In this document: positions 11,907 through 25,500 of the stretch, one piece after another | Position numbering within the stretch: the stretch's first letter is position 1 | Layout: each line of letters starts with the position of its first letter | Origin: Phoronis australis | Lineage: Eukaryota > Animalia > Phoronida | DNA length: 64,000 nt | NCBI GenBank assembly: GCA_002633005.1 | Contig: NMRA01000242.1 | Coordinates: 186,001-250,000, forward strand | Direction of reading: 5' to 3' | Position numbers and translations under genes: made by a program | Notes under the pieces: generated by a model | Database searches by the model: none | What the model saw: only the letters and a program-made list of their open reading frames with translations | Told to the model about the DNA's origin: nothing

Positions 11907-14900
11907 GGCCCATAGTCACGTAGGCGGTACGGGCCCAGCTACTGTACTGCCGGGTCGCGCGGCCGAGGGCGGCTGACGGCGGGCCTAGGCCCAACTGCCG
12001 TAGAGCCTAGCGCGGTCGGTGGAGGGCCGATGGCAGGAGGGCGGGCCTCGGCCAAGCTGCCGTAGGTCGTCCGTTGTCAACTTCATATGAATGCACTTGC
12101 TAAAATTGGTAAAGATCCTGAAATAGGTATCAAATTACAATTCCTGAAAAAGCCTGAAACTTAAAAATTCAACCACTGAAGTCATTGAAGTGCAGCAGCC
12201 AGATAAACACTTCATCGACACCATCCAGATCAATAAACCCATCTGCATGAATGGAGTACTTTCAAAAACTGAACCGCATTGGGGCAACGACAAAGTCAGA
12301 GTACAGGCCGCTCGTCAGTTATGATTCGTAGAGAGATTTGTCTTAGAGGTCATGGGCCCCCAAACAATTGACGGATAGTTTGGTGTTTCTGTTTCCTGTC
12401 CTTCAACTTTCAATGACATTTCTTTCGTACTACTTTCCACTATCAGGCTCTACCCGCCCGTTTAAGCCGTGACCCGTACCCCACCGGTGTCAAACATTTA
12501 ATAAAGACCCCGTGAAAAATTACCCACATTAAAAAATTAATTAAAAAATGTCCGGCCCAGCCCCCACACATCATATTCCTGGCCTGCACACAGTTACTTT
12601 CTCCAATTGCATATACTGAAAAAGCAAGGCACGTAGATTTCTCTTACCGCCCGCCACTCAGGCGAAAATAAAATTCTTCACTCACGCACGTTTCTCCTCT
12701 CACGGATGCAAATTACCCATACGCACTGAGTTCAGTGTGGATTGCGTCTCAGGAGACATTTCTACACTAGCAATTTATCAGACGTATTTCTCGATCGCAC
12801 AGAGACCATGGGTTGAATATTCTCCACATAAAATTTAAACCCCGAGAAAAAAAAATACTCAGGGTCATTTTTTAATTGTCATTATTCAATGCTACACCGG
12901 CAGTAGCTGTGTTTCCAGCGATGTCTCTGTTTTGCAGGCTTTGCCGGCAACGTGGCCAGAGCCAGCCGACTAACTCCTATGAGGCCTCAAGTTCTAATGT
13001 GGTTTGCTTGTAATGCCGCATGGCGATATCTCGCGAAAACTTGGGGAGACCTTCTGTGTTTTCGCGATTCTATTGCGCCAACAGAACGCGCACCCGGTGT
13101 GCAAAGCCAATATGCAATAATGACAGCAGAGGATACAATACTTTATTGGGAAACACTCAAAAATACTGTAGGTGGAAGTAAAGAGAAATATTGAAATAAA
13201 ACATCACTGTGCAAAATAGTTCCCTTTAGTCAAACCTCCAAGAAAAGGTTATACTTGCACTTTACCCTCTAGTGAACAACTTTGATTAAGTGAAAATATG
13301 GCCCTGAGCTACATCCCCATTTTGGTCCATACCAGTTCACATAGGGCTGATAAATGATCACCAGACTGATCAGCATTTATGAGAAACCTCTTTTGATCAT
13401 TAATCATTGCCCCACGATAGGAAAGTGTACTACCTTGGATAAAAAATTATATCAACAGTTAATAATGAATTCTTATCAACCACTTATAACATATCCTACT
13501 ATTCATAGAAATGTCAATGTCTTCCTGTAGATATACATTCATATTTACAATTTTCATGGTAAATTATGATCAACCAAAATTCCTTGTGTGCACCCATAAT
13601 GAAGCTTGGCAATACCTATTTTCCCACACAGACCCGACATGAGGAAATTCCCCTCCTCACAATAGTGTAGTTGATGGACAGCATTCTGTTTTCTTGTATG
13701 GGATTTAATGCAGTGGAATATTTTCCAGCCATTTTTTATAAAGTCTTTCCAACCATCATGTCATCAAATTTACCATGTGGTGCTGGTGGGATAGTCAAAT
13801 GAGTAGAGCAAAAATGCCCGTCTAAATTCTCCTGGAAGGAAATAAATTGCATTCTGTCCTATCAACTTGGATGTTGCGTGCACCACAATTAGAAATAACA
13901 TTAAGTGAAAGGGCATTTTGTGGTCTCACAACAGTATAAAAGAGTTGCATGTTGAATGTTTCCTATTCAAATCATATAGCTTACACATTTTTATTGGATA
14001 CACTCTACGATACTTAAACAAATATGAGTCCCGAAAGCGGTTACATGCGCAGAATGCAGTTCAGGAAATCAACAAGAAAACGAAAATCAGTATGCTTTAA
14101 ACAAACTTTCATTACCCACACTGTCACCAGAAGAGGCAGCAAAAACAGGGTAAAATTGACAAAACAAAAAAACACATTGCATGAGAAAGATTGAGCATTT
14201 ACACTAGCACTGAATATAAACAACACCTTAGTTGAACACACTAACACCTAGCTCTAGACAACAGGTTGCACAATGTGGTGTTTAAAAACATACCTCTCAC
14301 TGATCAAATGGCAGTAAACTATGAGTATTTGTGAAAAAATACAAACCATTAAAAGGGATTACTAAACATCGCACCATCCAGAGTCTGTTTTATCAAAGGC
14401 CGTATGCCATGTCGTAGCTGAGATGGTCACAAGCATGTTATCCAATTAGATGCTGCATTTTTTACAAGAGCAATACAATGCAACTGACATTAAGTTGGTG
14501 ACTTTTTATAGTCTGGCACAACGGTCTGTTCAGAAGCAACGTCAGTGACATCTATGAGCAAATTAAAACCAGTTATGACCCTCTTAGCCAAGACTGGACT
14601 TCCGACCTTTGACAAAATGGCGACTCCTGTGCCCGGTAGCATGAAACAGTCCCACATAGGGACTCAATTAAGTTTCCTAAATCTTATGTGTATTTGTGTC
14701 TTTCTTTACTCGCAGACCTAACATTTTCCTATCATTTTATCTTTATTATGACCTCCTTTTTTCACTAATGACATTTTCTAACAGCACAACTATAAACCAA
14801 GACCTGAGATCAATGAAAATAAATAGGGTCCTTAAATCAGAGTCATTGCACGATTGAATAACTTATTTATTTTCAATAATATTTAGAATTCAATGTAGAG

Positions 14901-15322
14901 TTCACTCTCTATTTGTATCAAAGGCAAAAGTTGATTAATTAAAGTAAATATCATCAGAAAGGTGTTTTATAAGTACAGAAATACGTAGTAAATTTAGGTA
15001 ACTTAGCTGAGTCCCTGTTTAGGATCAGTTCATGTAACAGGACACTGGTCTCTTAAAAATAATGGATTCCCTAAAGTTAAGTGATATAAGGAAGTTGAAA
15101 GCACAACTATTTGCAACAAGTGTCCACCTGAGAATGAATTAAAACAAGCATGGAGAGACGCCCACATGCCTATAGCTATTTGTTGACCTACAGTTCAACC
15201 TGCGCTCAACTCTTTCAGAGAAGCATTGACCAAGGCTGGTTTAGCCCATATGTATGTCAACAAATAGTTTCACCAGCGTGCACGGCTCTCTGTATTTACT
15301 TTAATTAGTATCACAGATTGGC

Positions 15323-15382
15323 TTTCATGTATTAACTTTCATGTATTGACTTTCATGTATTGACTTTCATGTATTAACTTTC
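15323..15382. repeat. 14-bp tandem repeat, about 4.5 copies
   Basis: CTTTCATGTATTRA unit. Confidence 0.8.
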
Positions 15383-15558
15383 AGTGAAGCCACTCGTACA
15401 GTTGAAAACACATTACTGCCATCTACAGGATGACTAAAACATTACAGTACTTCATTCCCACAACACATTCCATTTTTGAACATTGAAATCACAAAATCAT
15501 TCTTCTAAGATCTCTGTAAAAAACATACTACAACATATCTTTACATATGATTTGGTAA

Positions 15559-15825
15559 CATCCAAACATGTGCAGTTGAACATCAGTCTTCATCCAAACA
15601 TGTGCAGTTGAACATCAGTCTTCATCCAAACATGTGCAGTTGAACATCAGTCTTCATCCAAACATGTGCAGTTGAACATCAGTCTTCATCCAAACATGTG
15701 CAGTTGAACATAAGTCTTCATCCGAACATGTGCTGTTGAACATCAGTCTTCATCCAAACATGTGCAGTTGAACATCAATCTTCATCCAAACATGTGCTGT
15801 TGAACATCAGTCTTCATCCAAACAT
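15559..15825. repeat. 32-bp minisatellite, about 8 copies, in the inferred USP 3' UTR
   Basis: CATCCAAACATGTGCAGTTGAACATCAGTCTT unit. Confidence 0.95.
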
Positions 15826-16522
15826 CAGACAATACAATACATCATGCCAGTTGTTAAACACACCACGGCCTTGAAATGGAACTCAAAATTATTTCTGACA
15901 TTTTCATTCAACTTTTGTATGAACTTACGGTAAATGCCTATTTTTCTGTCCTCAAGTACATTGTGGTTTTTACTCGAGTTTTTAGCTCGATTTTAGGGGT
16001 CACCAAGTGCAAAATTGGACTAAACATTTATATAACCACAATAAGTTCAAGCACAGAATAACAGACATTTATCGTGAGCCCGTATTAAAAAAAGAACAGA
16101 AAAGGTAAAAAATAGTTTTGATTTGAATTCTAAGTTCTGAGACAAATTCCCAGCCAAGTTGACTATGTCCGACCAAGTCTAAAAGTGGGTCATGTCAGCG
16201 TGATCATCAATAGTGTACGCGGTCATGCTCACCAAAGTTCACTGAAATGACTGATTCAAACACTAGGCTTTAGGTGTGACTAGAATAGCAAGTGTAGAAA
16301 CTTAGGCAAGGTTTACACCATCCACTCACTGCTTGTTCACTGTGACTTCCACAGACGTTCCCAATACATTGTATCCTGCATGTTTAGCACTAGACTACAT
16401 TGATGCTAACATAACTAGTTGCCTAGCAAGTGCTGATGTAAAAATATCACAAGGATGACTAGTTCACCCCGACATGACAAGGTTGGCTCATGTAAGCCAC
16501 TAATAAATGAAATATGACAACA

Positions 16523-19500
16523 TTAACCATAAAAGTCTAATGAGTGACCGCATTCATCATCATCTTGTTTTGACTCCACTGTTGATGTTTCGGCAAGTCC
16601 TTGCAGAAGCTGACTGAAGGTTTCGGGGTTGATTGTGTTCGACGTACACCCGGCTTTCACTGCACCAGAGGGCTCAATATCACATGGTTTCTCAGGTAGA
16701 GTAAACTGTACGTGGCTTCCTGAAAAGACACATTAGACAAACTCTACAGAATGTTATCAAAAGGACAATTTAAAGGATCATACCTTTTTTACTCAATGCC
16801 AAAACATGGCAAAAACTGATTAACTCTATAAAAAGAAAACCCAGAGAATTGAGAGATCACCTTGAATTGCCTGGAAGGTCTAACCAAGTCTGTGGAAACT
16901 CAAAGCATTTTGACACCTTGCAAAACCCTTCGGGTGGAATCCTCGTATATCACAATATGAAAAAGCTTGAAGCATGTTTTGTGTGTTTGAGTAACCTGGC
17001 TCATAGCTTGGGTTTTTGGTAGATTAGTAATTAAGAGGGAAGTTGCTTTTAACTGTAGAATCGATTGTTTCCAAACAACCACATGCTATATATAAGAGGT
17101 ATTGAGTTAAAATATAGAAACATTTTCATAAGCATTTAAAAAAGAGGTTCTCTTTATAAGAAACTGTAAGCCAGGTCTTAGCTAGGGCAGTTGCAACTTG
17201 AATTTATATTGGTATACAAGGTGGTTAATCAAGGTGGGTCTTAGCTGGAATATGATGGACTTTGACAACATTCCTGTCTCTTTCTCTTGAGCAACAATTA
17301 AAGCATCGTATCTGTAATAACAGCTGTCTTAGCTTTGACCAGAGTAACAGTGTTTGCTACAAAAGGCCCAAAGTCTCAGTGTGACGTTCATCTATCAAGA
17401 AATGCTGATGATGGCTGAGTGTGATATGTACTACATACCTTGTCTCTGATAGAACAATATGTAGGCATTACTGTAGACATCTTCTGCTGGAGCTTGTTGA
17501 CTTGTGCTCTCATCATTATAGTAATACCAATCGTCACCAAGAGGGTGCTTGCAGTAGGCTGTATAATGACCAGAACTTGTACCTGGCAGATAAATAGCTT
17601 ATATATGTTAGTCATGTAATCATATCGCATCAACACAAGATGCATGCTGCGACATGCAAACATATACACGTCTGCTTTAAAAACACACACTTATTGTATA
17701 TTGTCAAATTTATAAATGTTAATTTAAAACTTACAACATTAATGTGAAAGTAAATAAATGCGAATGTCACAGATATAATGTGCATGTGAACGTTAAATCG
17801 TGAATGTGAAATTGATAATGTGAAATCTGTATCGTGAATATGAAAGCTACACAGTTAATGTGAAACCGTAACTGTGAATGTCAAAGTTATGATGTGAATG
17901 TGAAATTTTTATTATAAGAAAATTATAATGTGAATGTGGAAGCTTATATAAAGGAAGTAAAATTTTGCAAAACATGCTACAGTGCTGCACTATTTAGGCT
18001 ACATAGTCTCTTTAAAAATAATGTTTGGTTGGACGTTATGAGACACACTACCTGTGCTCATTCAACGTTTCATCTATTCATATAACATCATCATAATTAT
18101 ACAATAAGACAGCAAGTGTCGAAAACCAGTCAAGTCACATCCATGTAGTGTATAATATATACAATAACACATTACATGGATGTGACTTGACTGGTTTTCG
18201 ACACTTGCTGTCTTATTGTATAATCCTGATGATGTCTTATGAATAGATGAAACGTTGAATGAATAAGAACTTTTTCATTTGTGTGGCGAATGTCCGTTTT
18301 TGAATTTTACTATGGCCAAAATGATGTAACTATCTGTGCTCAAGACTTACTTCCAAAATGGCAGACAGCAGCCTGCAAGTCATACATGGTGTCAGTAATG
18401 TCAGGGGCAGACAGGTAGTCAGACACATCCAGATTTTCAAAGGGAAATGTAACCGGACTATCCACCTTGGTACTGGACAGTTCATGGTACACAAACCTGC
18501 AGTAGAACCACGAGAGAGTCACAAGCACATCATGTCATGTTTCATCTTCCACATGCAAACATTGTCATCAAAGTATCAGTTCAATAAATTTCACTTAAAC
18601 CTGTAATGATCTTGTTATTCAACACAGAAAATTATCTGGCACCACTACTAAAACTAAATCAGTTGAATGCCTAGAGAATTAACAAAACAACAGTCTCATA
18701 ACGTTCATAATGTCTTTAGCACTAGCTTACCAACTAACAGATCGTCTCTTATTGCCAAAGGATTTCAATGGTTTGAGTCTATTTACGATCAAGTTACACG
18801 CTTCTAGCTAAAGTAGGATAATAAGATTATTAACATTCTAGTGCTGTGCGCCCTACAGACCTCTTTAAATAGATGACAAGTGTGTCAGGGAACGTCCACA
18901 CAGACAGGGTTTTCTTAGCACATTGGTTCTTATTACAGTTCGGACAGAACCATGGGTTATGTTCATCCAGAATCTCACTGAAATAGCAAACAATATGAGA
19001 CAACACGTCTATACAAAATATTATGACACCACATACATCCATAAATTAGCAGAAATAATCCATTCATTGTTAAAAGTTTTCCCAATCTAAACTGGAAGAG
19101 TTCTGAGGGGCCAAATATTCGAAGCAGCAACAAAATTACACAACAATTTAAATTAAAGCGGCTATCAACCTGTGTTCTATCCAAGAAAAGAATTTTTGAT
19201 TTATTAGACCAATTACCGCTATGACATAGGTTTCATCTTGTTCCATACTCTGCTGAGAAGTGATTTCTGGGGTAGCAAAACATGAGAGTACGACATTGCT
19301 TGGCATATACATGATGTGGTAAGCCAACTTGTAGAGCCTGCTTTGAACCAATAACAAACCGCCAGGTCTTTCAATTGGACTAAGGAACAATTTGAGATTA
19401 GTTTCATAATGGCAAGTGGTCTAAATCAATAGTTATTTTTTGTGATGGAAGTCGGACCGTTGCAGCTTTAAATATTGGTGACCAGCCTCCATTCTGTTTA

Positions 19501-22500
19501 TTCCACTGCTACACTTTCAAATAAATACAATATGGATTATGCTTTAGGCATTACGGGCATTATGCAACATCTCTTTTATTTTCTCACTACAGCAATTTAA
19601 AGTCATGCATCACACATTATGTATTTCATACTAATAGAAACAAGAGCAGTGAGCTTTCTAGCATAAAACTTTCATTTTCCATGAGTTAAATTCACCACAA
19701 AAATGTAAACACATAGTACTGTAACTTTGCTGATGTGAAATGTAATCGAATACATGATAACTAATGAGTTAATTAAGTTATATTCATTGAATTTTCCAAG
19801 CAATGGAAACTTTTTTAACATTTTCCACTGAAATGTGCTAAACACAACGAATAATCATGACAACATGAAGGACAGAGTACCTCTCAGCGAATGCTTGCAA
19901 ACAGTCAAAGAGAGAGAGTGGTTCATTAGGCCTGAGGTTCTTCATAGATACGTGATTGTCATAAAGATCCGAATCCTCCATAACACTGGCAGTCACCGAG
20001 GAGAAGGTCACCGACAAATTGTCGCCTGTTATCAGGTTTACATCACCATCGCGAGGCACCTGACAACCAGTGCAGTGTGCTGTGTACACACACCTTGAGC
20101 AATGTAGTCCCTGTCAAAGGAAAGGCGAGATTACTTATGACACATAACACATGGTTTGTCATATTGTTAAGGCAGCAAGCCAGCAGGCAGAGGAGTTAAA
20201 ATTAGTCTTTGACATCAACGAATCATGACTGGGTGTCGCGCAGCACACACACAACTTTCTAAAAATTTAAAAGTACTTCTGAGGTCAGTCAAAGTTCAGG
20301 GAACGTCCCAGTCCAGTCGCACACAGTGTGTGCTCATTTGGTTATGAATTGCCAGACAAAATTTAAACCATTTTTTTGTCATAAAGAAACATCATTGTCA
20401 TGTATTGTAGTTTAGACATGACAAATTGTTCAGGACTACAGATACAAAGCTCTCATTAACATCAAGCGACTCGGGGTTCACGGCCCAGTAGAACTTGAAC
20501 ATGGTCTCACTGTACAGTCTCAAAGTTCTTGAAGTAAAACATTATTCTTAAACATTATTCGTATTGACCAAAAAAGCGTACCTAAAACTGAAACAAAGAA
20601 ATATAAATGTTGTGCATTAATGACCATATTCTGTTCTGTACACATCGCACACAAATTCTCTTCCCAAAAATACTGAAAAGCCCTCCACCTTGCCCACCAG
20701 CCTTGTGCCAACTATCATCATCAAAATCTGACCTGTTGTTGAGCAGAGAACTGGACAACCGACCAACTGGACACCAGGACAGGATGACAATATGAACTCC
20801 ATGTATACATAGCGAGCGCACAAACAATAAATCAGGTTGCACATGCCTTTAACAGTATCAACAAGCTTATTGAGTGTCTGTCATTCATCAAAATTTGTGA
20901 CTGATAAAAAAAAACACAAGATTTGTGCATTATAAATTGAACCAAAATTACTAACAGGTGTAAAACTTGAGCACATACCTTATAGCATAAGTGTACCTTC
21001 GAAAATGACATAACTTGGCTTAAGGTTATATAGGACCTCAATGAAGGACCTCAACTCTAAGTCAAGTATCGAAAAAACTATGCTCTGTCAACCATTAATC
21101 AACCATCATCCGTTATGTCCCCAAAACAGTAACAGTTAGGATTTAGCTTTAAAATGCCTAGTTTTCGAGTACTGAGCGATATGCGAATAAGACCACTGTT
21201 TTTTTACAAGAATGCTTTGTGTTTTGCGAGTTAATTTATCATAAAGCCAGAACTAAGTGAATAATCAAAAATTCCTAACAACATTCTTGAGATGTAACAT
21301 ATTAAGTTTTCATTTAAAATTTTTTAATAAAATCCGATGGGAGTTACTTTACTATGAACATACCTTTCTTGCACATAAAAATTTGACTTAAAAAACATGG
21401 TAACTTGACAATAATAAAGACACAATAGTCAGAAGCATGTTTTTAGAATCCTCTTTTTACAACATATATAATATACTTTTAATGGTTGACAAAGCATAGT
21501 TTTTCGATATTTGACTTATTATTATTATTAAGATCCTAGATAACTTTTAACGCAGTACTATTGCTGTAACACAAATTTGGGTAGAAAATGCTAAAGGTAG
21601 AAAATGTTAAAACAACTCCATGAAACATAATGTCCTCAAGAGACAATTTTGCACATTTACTTCTTCACAGGCTATTTTAGGCATTAATTTTCAAATGGCA
21701 AATTATGCAGTACTGCAGTGTATTAGGGACATAGCAGACACCATATGTAATGGAGTAATGCTTTCTTGTATTACCTTATTATCCGTCAGCTTGACCACGA
21801 ACTTCGCGTCAACGGGTAGAATTCTACTGACTTGGTGATAGATATTGACACCTGTGTTACGGCTGCACAAGTAGAGCAGGCGAGGGTGGGCAAACAAGTG
21901 GTCGTCTGCTTCAGTGGTCAGACGAAAGACAACGGGTACTGACAAGACTCTAGGAAAGAGTGGAGAAATGGTATGAGGCACAGCAAGTAGAGATTATATC
22001 TTCAAAACAAGGAAGAAAAGAAAAATATTAGGAAACGAAAACCAATACTAATATCTTCAAAAACCTGATGATGAAATATGGTGGTTTTGAAGCATCACAT
22101 GACAGACTACTACACACTTTTACTTTAAGTTTATGTAGAACCCTATAAAAATGGCCAAATTTGGCAAACATGGGAACATCATATCCCTAAAATAACTGAT
22201 TGGATTCAGATACAATGCTTTATGCATCACTCTCACACACTGTTAAGAATTGTCTTAACAATATTCCACTTTTGTGTCAGGGGCTATCAAAAATACTACT
22301 TTTATGATTTTCATGAAAAATCTTAAAAGTTGATAAAACAAAAATGAACTAATATTTTAAAAAAACTGACAGCGTTTTGATATCTCATCTTGCACATTTA
22401 TATCAAATAAAATTTTATCGTGTGATTGATATCGTTCTTTTGCAATCAATATACCTTGTTTTTGCTAATTTTCACTAAAAAGACATAGACACATGACCCA

Positions 22501-25500
22501 ATTAATAAGTTTGATAAAACGTCAAAAATCAAATTCCGCATCCTTTCTACTTTCAGAAAATATATGCCTTTACTAAATAGAGTTAAAATCTATACTTTCA
22601 GAAAATATATGCCTTCACTAAATAGAGTTAAAATCTATACTTTCAGAAAATATATGCCTTCACTAAATAGAGTTAAAATCTATACTTTTCCAGATAAATA
22701 CACAGACTTGTCGATGACGTCCTACATAACCTTAAATGAGCCAGTATTTGTCCTACATAACCTTAAATGAGCCAGTATTTGTCCTACATAACCTTAAATG
22801 AGCCAGTATTTGTCCTACATAACCTTAAATGAGCCAGTATTTGTCCTACATAACCTTAAATGAGCCAGTATTTCTCTGAGCCAAAGGCAATACCCAGCCT
22901 TGACACAGCAACTAATCGACAAAAGGAAGCCATAATATTCTCTTTCCACTGAACCACTGAAGTTTGGGATATACTTAGTCTCTCTGTTTACACTACAAAG
23001 ACTGAATCAGCTCAGACGCAACTCTGTCTCCACACATTTCACCTCAATAGCTTCAATGGCAGGTAACTGGATTGATTTGATAGCATTTAATTACCATTCT
23101 TTAAAGTTTTTGTTCTTCAAAGAATCCCATCATGACAGGAAGGTGACAGAAAGAAGGGCCAAGGTATTGCAACTATTTTGAATAAAGATAGACATAGGAA
23201 CCTAGGTCTGCACATGTGCAGACATACATCACTTCCCCCACCTGAGTCGTATGGATGATGCCTTCCCACTTCATGAGGTAGTGATTGGTTTATTAGGTTA
23301 AATAGATTAAAAACCACCTCCAAGAGCAGGTTCAGGTTGAATCAGAAGCTAAACTGATTGTGTACGCGCATGCTTCCTAACTCTATTTGAATACCAAACC
23401 AATTTACCTCTCAGTACCAAGACTGCCTTTTGGCGAGTTGCCCTCTAAGTGCCAAATGAGTAGAACAGCGAATTGGCAAGTTTTTAGGCTTTTCAGTACT
23501 TTAAAGAATTCTTTTTCAAACACTAACCAAAATGTCAAATTGTGACTGATGCAATGACCTCTAGACTGTGCATAGTCAAATTTAAATTGAGTGAAATTCA
23601 AAATGATTCTGATTTGGGATCAGAGTTTGAAATATCAAGACGTGAAATGAGGTAAGTACTGGGGCCCAATACAGAATGTGTTCAAGAAAAACACAGTATT
23701 GATCGTAACTAGTGGTTTTTCACCTAAAATCCTGAATACTTTACCTGGCCAATACTTGCCCCAACTTATGATGTCATAATTTCAAAATATCATATAACAA
23801 TGTGTGTATATCTTATTAAAGTTTCATAACAATCCACAAATAACAACTATGGAGCATTTTTCAGGATTGCACCATACACTATATGTATACTCAGGACTGC
23901 ACCATACAATATACGCATACTCAGAATTCCATCATACACAATACATATACTCAGAGTTTATGTGGCACTGAGAAATGTAATTTTAAACAACTTGCCAGTG
24001 TCAGAAGGGTATTACCTTTAAATCTAAAAAATTGTGTTTGCAAGTTTGAGTTTTTCATACACATAAAAACATACCTGGGTTTAGGTTTAAACTCAGGAGC
24101 TGAGTTCAGAGGCACAAAATCTGTGGAGGGTTCGACAGACGTTGAGCAAATCTGGAAAAAATATATCACGCTAACTATAGAAAACACTGGCAAAAAAACA
24201 GCCATGTCTAAGACTAACTGTTTAAAAGAATATTCTTGCTTTATACAGTAGCAGACCCCACTTATAGAATTATCAGCATCGTGTTTCATAATCATCACTA
24301 AACAGTCAGCACCTTCAGCCTATTGAAGTTTGGTTGGAAAATTGATGAAGATGATGATGATGAGGAAGGAAATAAATAAACCAAAATAACTTGGTTACTT
24401 GAGTACCAGATGACAACCTACAAAAGGGGGCCAGACACTGTCAGGAAAAATACTGCATTTAGTTTTTATTAGGCTGTGCAGTCATTCAAAAACACAATGG
24501 AGTAACAAAACAAAAAATTCACAATTGACGATTATTACTAACAGTGCTGTAGTGGGGAGTAGGCGCAGCCAACCACCTTTAGGCATTTGAACGTAGCGCC
24601 TACGCACCGTAAGTTACGTTCAGTGCTCAAGGTGATGCGATGGGCTTTGGGTGCCTACTTAACTCTAATTTTACCACTACAGCACTGATTACTAAAAGAA
24701 AATACTTACAGGACAAGTGAAGTTTGTATCACCATAGTGTTTGAGAGACATCTGAAAGTAACATAACAACAGATGTAATATAGGACAACAAACTGATCTT
24801 CATAAGGAGGACTCAAGTAAAATAATTTTGATCCTAGACACCCATGATGCAAAGATTAACTAACAAAACTTGCAAGACATCAGTAGGATAGAGGCATATA
24901 ATGTTCATTATCTGATGGCATGTCAATGCTTGAGTATTACATGTTCATTATCTGATGGCATGTCAATGCTTGAGTACCACATGTTCATTATCTGATGGCA
25001 TGTCAATGCTAGAGTATCACATGTTCATTATTTGATGGCATGTCAATGCTCGAGTATCACATGTTCACCAGTTCTGACCAGTGTCAACATGAAGAATCCA
25101 AGATGAACTTGAAACTTAAGTTGCTCAATAAAAACAAGACTACTGATAATTAAAACTATCATGTCACATCAGCTAAAATGCTCAAACTCTGTCGTAGATT
25201 CAATGGAACCACAACCCCAATCAACATCAACCAATCTTATCATATTTATTCTTTCCACGTACTCACATCATAACATGAATTGCACAGAGTTCCCCCACAG
25301 GCAGGGTGAGTCAACAGTTCCACAGAGGGGATATCCTCCAGACAAATTGCACACATCTTCCACACCTCTGCTAGCTTGCTCTCATCCCCTGACCCTGTGG
25401 TTGCCATGGTCGCGACACTGGTGGGACCATCTGACCGACCAGCCTCAATCTTGTTAAGATCAGCCAACCAGGAACTAGTGTACTGTTGACTGCATTGCAT

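Noticed and set aside
15559-15825. CRISPR-like array of 32-bp repeats (also other 28-49 bp arrays)
   Set aside because: The units are directly adjacent with no unique spacers, there are no cas genes and the context is eukaryotic. These are minisatellites.
23274-23295. let-7-like TGAGGTAGT
   Set aside because: Only the seed matches; the 3' half diverges and there is no hairpin.
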